DNA of 58,874 bases from a virus (Duplodnaviria; Caudoviricetes). How positions within the stretch are numbered: position 1 is the stretch's first letter; the number at the start of each line of letters is the position of its first letter. Positions 18,372 to 28,688 of the stretch are shown here, piece by piece. Both the position numbers and the translations under genes were made by a program. The stretch spans positions 1-58,874 of the IMG/VR virus record IMGVR_UViG_3300034104_003823; one strand, given 5' to 3'. Under the pieces are notes generated by a model. That model saw nothing but the letters and a program-made list of their open reading frames with translations. It was not told the DNA's origin and did not search any database.

Positions 18372-18914
18372 ATGTTTTTAAATATAATAACCCCTTGTTC
18401 TAGACCAGAAAATTTACACACAATTAGTAATAGTATAAATATACCAAAAAATAACTATAGGTGGATTGTAGTTTTTGATTTGGAAGAACTACCGGATTTA
18501 AATTTAATCCCAAATAATTGTGAAGTTTTTTTACATAAAAACCCAAATAGTTCTTTTGGTAATTCTCAAAGAAATTACGCATTAGATATTATTGATGATG
18601 GGTATGTATATTTTAATGATGATGACACAACAATGCATCCAAATTTATGGAAAACCATTAAAAATTTTAATTCCGATTTCATATCATTTATACAATTAAA
18701 TAAAAATGGTCAAATGAGACTTATTGGTAATGAAGTTAGAGTTGGGGGTATCGATAGTCACAATTTTATTGTGTCAAGAAATGTTGTTGGTTCTAGTCGT
18801 TTTTTTATTAATCGATATGATGCTGATGGTTACTTTGCTCAAGAATGTTATTTAAAATCTATAAGTAAAACACATTTTAACATACCACTATCAATTTATA
18901 ATAACCTTAGATAA
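18372..18914 (+). CDS. Glycosyltransferase family 2-like
   Basis: IITP..R, GNSQRNYAL, YVYFNDDD, YDADGYF; start taken as ATG 18372. Confidence 0.7.
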   Translation: MFLNIITPCSRPENLHTISNSINIPKNNYRWIVVFDLEELPDLNLIPNNCEVFLHKNPNSSFGNSQRNYALDIIDDGYVYFNDDDTTMHPNLWKTIKNFNSDFISFIQLNKNGQMRLIGNEVRVGGIDSHNFIVSRNVVGSSRFFINRYDADGYFAQECYLKSISKTHFNIPLSIYNNLR

Positions 18915-18923
18915 TTTTATTAT

Positions 18924-19712
18924 ATGGAAAAATATTTAGTTATAATGTCTGATAATAGAGAAATTTCTAATGATTATGATAATTGTGATTATAATTCTCT
19001 AACTGCTTTTATAAATAATAGATATTGTTTTAAAAATGGTTATGATTTTATCTATTTAAGACCAAATAATAATGGCAATAATAGTTTAAATTTATGTTAT
19101 TCACCATCTGGTAATCTAAGACATTCTTCCTGGGCTAAAATTTTAAGTTCAATTTATGTTATAAAAAATTTTAATAAATATGATAAAGTAGTTTACATTG
19201 ATTCGGATTGTATTTTTAACAATTTTAATAAAAAAATTGATGAGCATTTCTCAAATTTACCAAAAATATTTAATGATAAATTAACCAATCCTAATATAAT
19301 TTTTTTAAATGATAGACCTTGGCATATTGAGTCTCCTTGTGCTGGGTTTTTTATTTTTACTAATAATCAGGACAATCTAAATTTTTTTAAAACTTGGTAT
19401 GAATATGATGATGTTTTAGATCGAAATTTTGATTTAAACCACTGCTGGGAACAATGGTCATTATATAAAATACTAAAAACTGATTTTTCAAAAGAAGTGG
19501 TAATTTTAGATGATTATATGTTTGTTAATCATAGTGATGAACAATTTCTTAGACATATTGGTACGCACGAAAAAAACAATAGAATACCTTTCTTTAAGGA
19601 AAAAATAAAAATGTTAGGTTACACAAAAAAAGATTTTAATAATATAACTAATGAAATTAAAACGTCTATTGTTGATTATAATACAAAATTAATTACTGAA
19701 AAATTTATATGA
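18924..19712 (+). CDS. Glycosyltransferase, GT34/galactosyltransferase-like
   Basis: YCFKNGYDF, SWAKI, YIDSDCIF, AGFFIF, WEQ. Confidence 0.7.
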   Translation: MEKYLVIMSDNREISNDYDNCDYNSLTAFINNRYCFKNGYDFIYLRPNNNGNNSLNLCYSPSGNLRHSSWAKILSSIYVIKNFNKYDKVVYIDSDCIFNNFNKKIDEHFSNLPKIFNDKLTNPNIIFLNDRPWHIESPCAGFFIFTNNQDNLNFFKTWYEYDDVLDRNFDLNHCWEQWSLYKILKTDFSKEVVILDDYMFVNHSDEQFLRHIGTHEKNNRIPFFKEKIKMLGYTKKDFNNITNEIKTSIVDYNTKLITEKFI

Positions 19713-20614
19713 AAAAAATTGATGTATGTCTAAACGTATTGGGTAAACCATACCAGACAATAGTAACTTTAAAAAGTTTATTAAAACATTCTTCACAACA
19801 TATTGATAAAATATTTTTAATCGAAGAGGAAAACCAACCAATAGATTATAATTTTGATTTAATAAAAAATGAAGTAAATTATGATGGATTAATTAGGTTT
19901 AAACCAAAACATTTTTTGTGGGTAAATGGTACTGATTATAATTTATATCAAACAAATGAAGATTATAAATATTCAATAAGATATGAATATGGATTAAATA
20001 ATACTGATAAATCACATATATTATTAATTCATAATGATGTTTTTTTCCAAAAAGACATTGTTGGTGAGTTATTAAATGAAGATGAAAATTTTTTTGGTAT
20101 TGGTAGAGTTGGTCAATGTTGGAATTGTCCTTTGTTTTATGAAAATTTATGTAGTGGGGAAAAATTAAGTAAAAATTTAGAAAACAATTTTGATTATGAT
20201 TTCATATTTGATGTTATTTACAAACACAATACCACCAGAACTTTCATACATCAAAATAAAATTGATAAATTAAAACCATTACCGCTACCGGAATGTAGAA
20301 TAAACGAATGGTGTATGTTAATAAATGTTGATTTATATAGAAAAGAAGTTTTAGAAAATAAAACCGTTGTTCCATTTGGTGGTTACTTTATAATGGATAT
20401 TGGTGATTTGTGGTTTAAACAAATGGTTGATTTAGGATATAAATTTAAAAATTTTGACATAGATAAATACATAACACATGCGTATTTTTCTATTACCGGA
20501 AACGGTCATAGTTCATTATTTGATTCTAATAAATACCAAATTGAAGAAGTTGAAGCTAAAAAATATTACGAAGAAAATTTAAAAGATGATAACAATAATA
20601 TACTCAACACATAA
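19709..20614 (+). CDS. Putative GT-A fold glycosyltransferase
   Basis: TLKSL..., LLIHNDVFF (DxD variant), DIG; lies within the GT cluster. Confidence 0.5.
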   Translation: MKKIDVCLNVLGKPYQTIVTLKSLLKHSSQHIDKIFLIEEENQPIDYNFDLIKNEVNYDGLIRFKPKHFLWVNGTDYNLYQTNEDYKYSIRYEYGLNNTDKSHILLIHNDVFFQKDIVGELLNEDENFFGIGRVGQCWNCPLFYENLCSGEKLSKNLENNFDYDFIFDVIYKHNTTRTFIHQNKIDKLKPLPLPECRINEWCMLINVDLYRKEVLENKTVVPFGGYFIMDIGDLWFKQMVDLGYKFKNFDIDKYITHAYFSITGNGHSSLFDSNKYQIEEVEAKKYYEENLKDDNNNILNT

Positions 20615-22097
20615 AAATTTTAAGTACAATTCTAATTTTAAACAACACTTATTACAGACGGTTGGTTTAGATGATGTTCAAATTTTAGAATATGAAAATT
20701 ATAATCAATACTCATTATCAGAAATTTATAATAGTGGTATTACAAAATCTATTTATAATATTATAGTTTGTTGTCACAATGACATCAAATTAGAAAAGAA
20801 CTGGGGTAAAAAATTATTAGATGATTTTTCTAATAATCCAGAGTTTGGTATAATTGGTAAAGCCGGTTCTTGTTATTTTCCAAAGTCCGGTGTTTACTGG
20901 GAAAAAATGTTCCAAACAATGGCTGGTCAAGTTTACCACCACCCAACAAATCAAAAAAAATGGTTAAATAAATATTCACCAAAATTACCATTTTTAGTTC
21001 CGGTTGTAACAGTTGATGGGTTATTTATTGCTTTTGATAAAACAAAAATTAAACATAAGTTTGACGAATCATATGGTAAATTTCACTTTTATGATCACGG
21101 ATTTGCAGTTCCAAATTATTTAGATGGTGTAAAAATTGGTATAACATCTTCTTTTGAAATTACTCACCAATCTGTCGGTCAACCTAACCAGGAATTTTTT
21201 GACTCAAAAATTAAATTTGTTGAGAAATGGGGTGATAAATTACCACTAGATTTAAAACCAGAAAAGATTTATGTTCCGGAAATAAAAAGAAAAAAATTTA
21301 AAAAACTAGGAAAAGTTGGTATAATAATACCAACAAAAGGAAAGGTTGATTTGTTGTTTAATTGTATTAACTCATTTTATGAATATTGCGATTCTAATAT
21401 GTTTAATATTTTTATAGCCGATACTGGTTCTACAGATAATGAAAAAACTCAAATAAAAAATTATATTTCTAATAAAACAAACATTAAGTTAATTGAATAT
21501 GATTATTATAATTTTGCAAAAATAAATAATGATGTTGTAAAAAACCATATAACAGATGAATGTGAATTTTTATTATTTTCAAATAACGATATAAAATTAT
21601 TAAATGATGTTATCACTGGTATGTTGTCTGTTTTTGAAACAAATAAAAAAACTGGGACTGTTGGATGTAGATTACATTTTGGCGACAATACAATACAACA
21701 TGATGGTGTTGTTATAATAAAACATAGTAGTGGTAAAATTGATGTTAGTCATTTAAATATTAGTAATTATTATAATTATTTTACAACAACACGTAATGTT
21801 ATTGGCAATACTGGTGGACTGCTAATGATTCGTAAAAAAACATTTATTGATGTTAATATGTTTAACGAGAATTATACAACTTGTTTTGAGGATGTTGAGT
21901 TAAACATTATGGTTAAATTAAAAGGTTTGGTTAATGTTACTAATAGTGAATGTGTAGCATATCATTATGAGTCACAAACCAGAAAAGAAGATTCAGAAGA
22001 TTTAATTAAATTAAATAATGATTACAAAAACCATTTATTTCCTACTATTATAAATAATTGGAATAAAATAAACGATATGGTAATTAATTTAAAATGA
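20586..22097 (+). CDS. Two-domain GT2-family glycosyltransferase
   Basis: Domain 1: YNSGI, CCHNDI, VDGLFIA, FHFYD. Domain 2: IIIPT, ADTGSTD, LFSNNDI, FEDVEL, AYHYES. Confidence 0.8.
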   Translation: MITIIYSTHKNFKYNSNFKQHLLQTVGLDDVQILEYENYNQYSLSEIYNSGITKSIYNIIVCCHNDIKLEKNWGKKLLDDFSNNPEFGIIGKAGSCYFPKSGVYWEKMFQTMAGQVYHHPTNQKKWLNKYSPKLPFLVPVVTVDGLFIAFDKTKIKHKFDESYGKFHFYDHGFAVPNYLDGVKIGITSSFEITHQSVGQPNQEFFDSKIKFVEKWGDKLPLDLKPEKIYVPEIKRKKFKKLGKVGIIIPTKGKVDLLFNCINSFYEYCDSNMFNIFIADTGSTDNEKTQIKNYISNKTNIKLIEYDYYNFAKINNDVVKNHITDECEFLLFSNNDIKLLNDVITGMLSVFETNKKTGTVGCRLHFGDNTIQHDGVVIIKHSSGKIDVSHLNISNYYNYFTTTRNVIGNTGGLLMIRKKTFIDVNMFNENYTTCFEDVELNIMVKLKGLVNVTNSECVAYHYESQTRKEDSEDLIKLNNDYKNHLFPTIINNWNKINDMVINLK

Positions 22098-22825
22098 CAA
22101 GAAAACCAAAAATTAAAGAAGAACCCGAACAAACACAACAATTTTCAAGAAAAGATTTTATAAATTCAGTAATCAAGAAAAAACAAAGAAATAAATTTTT
22201 ATCGGAACAACAAGAAGAATATTATAATCTTTTAAAAAATAATCAAATAACAATTGCATCCGGACCTGCTGGTGTTGGTAAATCATTTATTGCTATGAAG
22301 GCAGCTGTTGATTTATTGATGGATTCGGACAATTCTTATGAAAAAATAATTATTGTTCGTCCGGCGGTTGAAGCTGAAGAGAAGTTGGGTAGTTTACCTG
22401 GAAACCTTGAAGAAAAATTGGACCCGTATATTTTCCCGTCTTACTATCTTTTAAATAAAATTATTGGTAAAGACGCTCGTGAAAAATTAAAGGAGGCCGA
22501 AGTTATTGAGGTATTCGCACTTGCATATATGAGGGGAATGAATATCGACAATTCAATTTTAATTTTTGAGGAAGCACAAAATTCAACACCAAATCAAATG
22601 AAATTATTATTGACAAGAATTGGTTTTAATAGTAAATTCTTTATATCTGGAGATCTTGAACAAACAGATAGGTATAAAGATAAAAGACAATCTGGTCTTT
22701 ATGATGCGTTGCAAAGATTTAAAGATATTAACGACATTGGGGTATATGATTTTAGAGATGCTAAAAATGTTAGAAATCCATTAATAGGTAAGATACTTAG
22801 TAAATATGAAGAAAATAGGGATTGA
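22094..22825 (+). CDS. phoH: PhoH family ATPase
   Basis: GPAGVGKS, RPAVEA.EKLGSLPG, LAYMRG, EEAQN, LLTRIG, GDLEQTD, VRNPL. Confidence 0.92.
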   Translation: MTRKPKIKEEPEQTQQFSRKDFINSVIKKKQRNKFLSEQQEEYYNLLKNNQITIASGPAGVGKSFIAMKAAVDLLMDSDNSYEKIIIVRPAVEAEEKLGSLPGNLEEKLDPYIFPSYYLLNKIIGKDAREKLKEAEVIEVFALAYMRGMNIDNSILIFEEAQNSTPNQMKLLLTRIGFNSKFFISGDLEQTDRYKDKRQSGLYDALQRFKDINDIGVYDFRDAKNVRNPLIGKILSKYEENRD

Positions 22826-23468
22826 CATTAATGGTGTTTTAAGAGATACTATTGAGAAATTTAAACAAGTATATGAAAAACACCTTATAGATAACTATCA
22901 AGATAATTTTGCCGGTAAGACATACAAACTAGATATGTCCGGCAATACTGAATTAGAAGAACAAGTAGAATCATTTAAGTATAAAATATTAAGTGATGTA
23001 ACATCTCTTGATTTGTCAAAACATTTTTCATTTCAGAATAAAGAAGAATTGTATTCATTTATGTATGAAGAATACACAATGGAACTATTTGGCCACGCAC
23101 CCTCAACTGAAATTAATTCATTTAATGTTTTAAATGAATTATATTACGAGTTAAGAGATAATTATGATTTATTATTATTATCTGATGAAATAGGTAAATC
23201 AAAACCAGCAACATTATTTTTTGTTTCAAAATTTGGATGTCTATTAGAACAAGTTTTATTCTTTTCAGAATCAACAAAAAATAGGGTTTGGGATAATGTT
23301 GATGTGTTATTAACCGCAAATCCAGATTTAATAAAAAATAAACCAGATAATAAAATTGTTATAAAATATAACACTAAATATAATGAAGATGTAGAAAGTG
23401 AATTTAAAATATCCACTTTATCTGATTTTGCTTTATTATTAAAAAAAATAGAAAGTGAATATGTTTAA
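22806..23468 (+). CDS. HAD-superfamily 5'(3')-nucleotidase-like protein
   Basis: N-terminal IGIDINGVLRD (DxN variant) and C-terminal ..YN; NT5C-like layout. Confidence 0.55.
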   Translation: MKKIGIDINGVLRDTIEKFKQVYEKHLIDNYQDNFAGKTYKLDMSGNTELEEQVESFKYKILSDVTSLDLSKHFSFQNKEELYSFMYEEYTMELFGHAPSTEINSFNVLNELYYELRDNYDLLLLSDEIGKSKPATLFFVSKFGCLLEQVLFFSESTKNRVWDNVDVLLTANPDLIKNKPDNKIVIKYNTKYNEDVESEFKISTLSDFALLLKKIESEYV

Positions 23469-23760
23469 AATTTGGAATGAGTATTATTACTTGGATTTGG
23501 ATGCGTTGGAAGAATATGTCCAAATTAAACCGGAGAATAAAGAAAAAAAAGAAGATGATGAAGAAACTGAAATAAGAGATTCAGAAACACAAGTTCATTT
23601 AGTAAAATATGATACTTGTAAATTATTGATGGAAGTTATTTTCTTTAAAGAGAATGAAGAAATTGATGAAAAACTTGGACCTCAATCAAGTGAATTATCA
23701 ATTCCTTTTAAATTAGCATTTAATACACTTTTAAATAAAAAAATAATTAACAAATTTTAA
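23461..23760 (+). CDS. Hypothetical protein
   Basis: ~100 aa in operon; start at 23461 or 23455. Confidence 0.65.
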   Translation: MFKIWNEYYYLDLDALEEYVQIKPENKEKKEDDEETEIRDSETQVHLVKYDTCKLLMEVIFFKENEEIDEKLGPQSSELSIPFKLAFNTLLNKKIINKF

Positions 23761-23762
23761 TT

Positions 23763-24824
23763 ATGGAACAAGAAAAATTACAAAAATTAGAAAGGTCAAT
23801 AGAAAACCTTAAAGAAAAAAAATCAAGAATTTATTTCTTAGTACAAGACACCAAAGGAAATGCAAAGGCTTCGATAGCATACATTTATGAAATGGCAATG
23901 ACTTTAAAAAAGAATGGTTACAACCCAATCATTTTACACGAAAAACCAGATTATTTTGGTGTTGGGAATTGGTTAGGTACGGAATATATGGACGAGTTAC
24001 CACACAAGTCAATTGATGGGACAAGTTTAGAAATATCACCAGAAGACTTTATCATAATTCCTGAAATTTATGGTTTTGTTATGGATCAAATTACAAAACT
24101 TCCTTGTGGTAAAGTTGTTCTTTGTCAGGCATATGACCATATTTTTGAGACCTTACAACCAGGACAAACTTGGTCTCAACTTGGTTTTTACAAATGTCTT
24201 ACAACTTCTGAAAAACAAAAGGAGTATATCGAAACAGTTATGAGAAATGTAACTTTTGATGTAATTACACCAACTGTTAGTGACAAATTTGAAAAACAAA
24301 AATTCCCACCAAAAACAATTGTTTCAATTCATACTAGGGACCCTAGAGATACTGTTAATTTTATTAAAACATTTTATGCTAAATTCCCACAATATAGATG
24401 GATTACGTTTAGAGATATGAGAGGTTTAAGTGTTGAACAATTTGCAAATGGTATGAAAGAAAGTTTTGTTTCAGTTTGGATTGATGCAACAAGTGGATTT
24501 GGTACATTCCCTTTAGAATCTATGAAAATGGGTGTTCCGGTTGTTGGTTTAGTTCCAAATATGGTTCCTGAATGGATGACTGAAGATAATGGTATTTGGA
24601 TAAATAATCAAAGTATGTTAGTAGATGTTGTTGCTGATTATATACAAAATTGGTTAGAAGATAATATCAATCCAGAATTATATAACGATATGGAAAAAAC
24701 ATCAAAAATTTATTCTGATAAAGAAAATTTTGATGTTGAGGTAACTAGAATATTTGATAGATGGTTATTAACAAGATTAGAATCATTTGAAGAACAATTA
24801 AATAAATTTCAAACTATAGAATAA
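23763..24824 (+). CDS. Glycosyltransferase, GT-B fold (GT4-like)
   Basis: IIIPEI, SGFGTFPLESMKMGVPVVG (E-x7-E-like motif region). Confidence 0.7.
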   Translation: MEQEKLQKLERSIENLKEKKSRIYFLVQDTKGNAKASIAYIYEMAMTLKKNGYNPIILHEKPDYFGVGNWLGTEYMDELPHKSIDGTSLEISPEDFIIIPEIYGFVMDQITKLPCGKVVLCQAYDHIFETLQPGQTWSQLGFYKCLTTSEKQKEYIETVMRNVTFDVITPTVSDKFEKQKFPPKTIVSIHTRDPRDTVNFIKTFYAKFPQYRWITFRDMRGLSVEQFANGMKESFVSVWIDATSGFGTFPLESMKMGVPVVGLVPNMVPEWMTEDNGIWINNQSMLVDVVADYIQNWLEDNINPELYNDMEKTSKIYSDKENFDVEVTRIFDRWLLTRLESFEEQLNKFQTIE

Positions 24825-24825
24825 T

Positions 24826-25632
24826 ATGGAAAACAATAAAAGTATATCTGTAATACTACCGATTAAATCGGCCAAAACTCCTTTTTTTGAGGATTATTTC
24901 AAAAAATGTATTGAGTCAATCAATAACCAAAAAGTTGGTATTGAAGAACTTATTATAGTTCACACAAAAGAAACGGCACTTACAAATCACATTCAAAATT
25001 ATGATTTTGGTTCGTTAAATGTTAGATTTCTTGAATGGCAGAATGAACCTAATTTTGCTGAACAAATAAATGCTGGAGTTGAATCCGCGACATCTGAATG
25101 GGTTTCTTTTTTTGAATTTGATGATGAATACTCAAATATCTGGTTTAAAAATGTTAAAGAATATATTGACATATATGGTAATATAGATTCTTTTTTACCA
25201 ATTGTTGTTGATACAGATGACAAGGGTGTTTTTGTTGGTTTTACAAATGAAGCAACCTTTGCTGCAAATATTTCAGATGAATTAGGTATTTTAACTAATG
25301 AAACATTACAAACATATCAAAACTTCCAATTTTCTGGTTTGGTAATTAAAAAACAAAAGTTTCTAGAATTTGGTAAATTAAAAAGTAATTTTAAATTAAC
25401 TTTTGGTTATGAGTTCTTTTTAAGAATGACAAACAATGGTGTTAAATTTTTAACGATTCCAAAAATTGGTTATAAGCATATGAATTTAAGAGATGGTTCA
25501 ATTTTCTGGAATTACAAAAACAGTGATGATAGATTGACAGAAGACGAAGTTGGGTTTTGGATTGATAAGGCTAAGAAAGAATATTTATTTATAAATCAAA
25601 GGGATATAAAATATGAACCCCAGGAAGTTTAA
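24826..25632 (+). CDS. Glycosyltransferase family 2
   Basis: ISVILP, CIESINNQ, INAGV, WVSFFEFDDEY, YEFFLRM. Confidence 0.8.
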   Translation: MENNKSISVILPIKSAKTPFFEDYFKKCIESINNQKVGIEELIIVHTKETALTNHIQNYDFGSLNVRFLEWQNEPNFAEQINAGVESATSEWVSFFEFDDEYSNIWFKNVKEYIDIYGNIDSFLPIVVDTDDKGVFVGFTNEATFAANISDELGILTNETLQTYQNFQFSGLVIKKQKFLEFGKLKSNFKLTFGYEFFLRMTNNGVKFLTIPKIGYKHMNLRDGSIFWNYKNSDDRLTEDEVGFWIDKAKKEYLFINQRDIKYEPQEV

Positions 25633-26375
25633 TGTTAAATTTAAATGAACAAAATGAACTAGATATAAAGAAAAAGAAAGGAAGAAAACCAAAAGTAAAT
25701 AATTATTTTGATGAAACTGAAGAAAATGCTGTAAGAGAATATCTATTAGCGACAACAATGGATCAAAAAAATAAAATTTACAACCAGTTTTTAAAAAGTC
25801 CTTTAGATAAAATGATATCGTCAATAATAAGACGATATAAATTATACAGAAAAGATATGGATTTTAATGAAATTCATATAGACACACATTCTTTTTTGAT
25901 GACAAAAATTGATAAATTTAAACCTTCAAAAGAGAAAAAAGCATATTCATATTTTGGTACTATTTGTAAAAATTACCTTATGGGTCAAATTATGAAGGAT
26001 CAAAAAGATACAAATAGAAAAGTATCTTATGAGGATATTTCCGCTGATTTACATAATAGTCCAGATATGGTATATCATATTGATGGTCACGAATTAACAA
26101 CAGAAGATATTATTTCCGAGTTTCTAAAAAAACTAAAAGAAACTATGGATGATAAAAATATAACTGAACAGGAATTAAAATTAGGTGAGGCTTTAACTGA
26201 TATATTTGAAAATTATGAAAAAATCTTTATAGATACAACAAATAATAAATTTAACAAAAATATTATTTTATTTGAGATAAGAGAAATGACAAATTTGTCA
26301 ACAAAAGAAATAAGAACCTCAATTAAAAGATATAAGAAAATTTATTTCCAACTCATAAATGATTTAGTAAAATAA
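25632..26375 (+). CDS. Phage sigma factor, gp55-like (late transcription)
   Basis: NNYF near N-terminus; IDKFKPSKEKKAYSYFGTICKNYL resembles sigma region 2 and gp55 (F-D-P-x-K..A(F/Y)SYF-x-I); helical C-terminus. Confidence 0.6.
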   Translation: MLNLNEQNELDIKKKKGRKPKVNNYFDETEENAVREYLLATTMDQKNKIYNQFLKSPLDKMISSIIRRYKLYRKDMDFNEIHIDTHSFLMTKIDKFKPSKEKKAYSYFGTICKNYLMGQIMKDQKDTNRKVSYEDISADLHNSPDMVYHIDGHELTTEDIISEFLKKLKETMDDKNITEQELKLGEALTDIFENYEKIFIDTTNNKFNKNIILFEIREMTNLSTKEIRTSIKRYKKIYFQLINDLVK

Positions 26376-26384
26376 AGGAGTAAA

Positions 26385-26391
26385 TATTTAT
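26385..26391 (+). promoter_or_regulatory. Putative late promoter motif TATTTAT
   Basis: 4 nt upstream of ATG 26396; marks the switch from metabolic to structural genes. Confidence 0.5.
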
Positions 26392-26395
26392 TATT

Positions 26396-26767
26396 ATGCC
26401 TAGACCACAAAAAAAACAAATAAATTTATCAAAGGAGTCAATGTTATCATTGATGCAAGAAATTTATAATGAACTAGTTGAACAAAGAAATACTGCAATT
26501 AGAATCCAAAATAAAATGCTTACAATGATGAAAGAACCGGAAGATATGACACTTATTGGGCCGGTTATCGAAAAACAACAAAAAATTATAAATGACTGTG
26601 TTGAAAAAAAGTTATCTTTATCTAAATTACAAGCACAAATCTGGCAAAAAACTTCAGCAGAAAAAGAAGAAAATTTTACATTGTCAGATTTAGATTTGGA
26701 TGATGATATAATGAAAAGTTTAATTGAAAAAGATACTTCAGATAAAAGTTATAAGTTTAACAAATAA
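26396..26767 (+). CDS. Hypothetical coiled-coil protein
   Basis: 123 aa, helical; TAATG-coupled to the next gene. Confidence 0.7.
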   Translation: MPRPQKKQINLSKESMLSLMQEIYNELVEQRNTAIRIQNKMLTMMKEPEDMTLIGPVIEKQQKIINDCVEKKLSLSKLQAQIWQKTSAEKEENFTLSDLDLDDDIMKSLIEKDTSDKSYKFNK

Positions 26768-28686
26768 TGGCTATTGTAGATTTAGACCAAGGTATAACAT
26801 CTGTAAAAGACCAAGTTACAAGAAACAAAAAATACAAGGCTTTTAGAGATGATGTTAAGAAATTAAAAAAAAAGGCGGGTTCTGCATTTGAAGAAAAGTC
26901 CGATAAGGTTTCTACATCTTTAAACAAAGCTAAAAAAAATCAAAAAAAATTCCAAAGAAACTTAAAAACTCAAATGGATAATTTGCTTGATATAAATATT
27001 TTATCAAGTGATAAAGGTGGTCCAGTTGCAAAGTATTTAAAAAAACTTTTTGTTAAAGCAATACAGGAATTAAAAACTCAGTTTTTTGAATTACTTACAA
27101 AAGATTTAATAAAATCAATTGGTTGTTCGGTTGATCAAACTTACAATCCCGGACAAGTTTTATACATTAGAGTACAATCCGTTGACTTACAAAAAAATTT
27201 AGTTTTAGAACCAAGTAGTGATATAGGTAAAATTATATATGAACAAAAAAGTTTGGCATATGTAACTTATCCTTTCTCTATGAACAAAGCGTTGTATGAA
27301 AGAACTCAAAACTTAAATCAACCATTTTCAGACCCATCTGTTGCCAATACAGCATTTAAAGGAATTTCTGGTCAAGATTTATTTGATATTACTTATGTTG
27401 AAACATATTTTGATCCAATTCTAAATCAAACAATACAAGGTAACTTTTTTAAGGTTGAATTAAAACAAAGGGCAACCGGTCAAAAAGTTGTTGAGTTTTT
27501 GACTGACTATTATAAATCAATTGAGATTATTGATTTTAAAAACATTTTTGCAAATTTAATGAACCAGTTAACTGGTGCAATATCAATACAAAAAGGTGAT
27601 GGTGTTGCTGATCTTACTGGACTTGAGAAAGTTTTAATTATAATTCAAAGGTTATTAGGTATTTGTCAAGATAACACAAAAGAAATAAATGTTGGTGGTA
27701 CAGCAAAAATATCATCGGCAGATAATATAGATGAATCTTTTTTTGAGTTTACAGAAATTGATTTAAGAGATATTGAAGCTAAAGTTAATAATATAAAATT
27801 AGGTGTCGTTGAATTTGAAGATTGCGATTTGTTAAAACTTCCGGTTGATAATGTTTCAATTATTGATGCTGTTGATAAATTAAATTTTATTGAAGGTGGT
27901 AACAATAATAACGCTTTAGAAAACGCAGCGAATATAACAGATATTTTAACGGAAAATCCTGATTGGTTTCCAATTAAAATTAACATAGATTTTACATTTT
28001 TAAAAGAATTTCCAAAAGCGGTTATTATGTCTTTATTAACTCCAAAAGTTGTTTTACCAATTATGATTGTAACAAAGGCTCTTGGACAAACAGCTTCTGA
28101 TGAAATAAATAATTTTGAGGATTTTATAAAAAAGTTTAAAAAATTTTTTTTAGATATTGTTCAAAATATTGATTCTCTTTTTATAAAATTAATTTTTGAT
28201 TCAATTACTAGAGATATAAAAAATTTAATTAAAACAATTAGTTCTGATATTTTAGAAGAAAAAGCAAAAAAAATATATGACGTTATTTTATCTCTGACTA
28301 AATTAATAGTTAATATAGTTTCAATATTTAATTTTAAAGAATGTAAAAATGTAATTGATGAGTTACTTCGATTATTAGAACTTGCAACAAAAGGTGTGAA
28401 TAATCAAGTACCACTTCCTTTATTACTTTCTACAAAATTATTAAGTGGTTATTCATCAACAAGAGCATTTTTAAATGTTATTGATGAGTTTGAAAAACTT
28501 GGGTTACCGACAGGGCCTGGTCCAGACGGAAGTCCAAATATGATGTTAGCCGCAATGAAAGCATTACTTGATGGTCAAGATAAAGAAGAAAGTCAAAATG
28601 GACAAGTACAAATTGCTGCCGGGCCATTTTCAATCACACCAATTGGTCTTACAGTACCATCAGTTGCATATGGAAAAAAATTATAA
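26767..28686 (+). CDS. Hypothetical protein (probable virion/baseplate component)
   Basis: 639 aa, upstream of the gp5-like gene, in a TATTTAT-led unit. Confidence 0.6.
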   Translation: MAIVDLDQGITSVKDQVTRNKKYKAFRDDVKKLKKKAGSAFEEKSDKVSTSLNKAKKNQKKFQRNLKTQMDNLLDINILSSDKGGPVAKYLKKLFVKAIQELKTQFFELLTKDLIKSIGCSVDQTYNPGQVLYIRVQSVDLQKNLVLEPSSDIGKIIYEQKSLAYVTYPFSMNKALYERTQNLNQPFSDPSVANTAFKGISGQDLFDITYVETYFDPILNQTIQGNFFKVELKQRATGQKVVEFLTDYYKSIEIIDFKNIFANLMNQLTGAISIQKGDGVADLTGLEKVLIIIQRLLGICQDNTKEINVGGTAKISSADNIDESFFEFTEIDLRDIEAKVNNIKLGVVEFEDCDLLKLPVDNVSIIDAVDKLNFIEGGNNNNALENAANITDILTENPDWFPIKINIDFTFLKEFPKAVIMSLLTPKVVLPIMIVTKALGQTASDEINNFEDFIKKFKKFFLDIVQNIDSLFIKLIFDSITRDIKNLIKTISSDILEEKAKKIYDVILSLTKLIVNIVSIFNFKECKNVIDELLRLLELATKGVNNQVPLPLLLSTKLLSGYSSTRAFLNVIDEFEKLGLPTGPGPDGSPNMMLAAMKALLDGQDKEESQNGQVQIAAGPFSITPIGLTVPSVAYGKKL

Positions 28687-28688
28687 TT

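Noticed and set aside
14555-25632. Bacterial LPS/capsule locus or eukaryotic giant-virus origin
   Set aside because: No wzx/wzy/ABC export genes; contiguous with T4-like head and baseplate genes and similar in composition.
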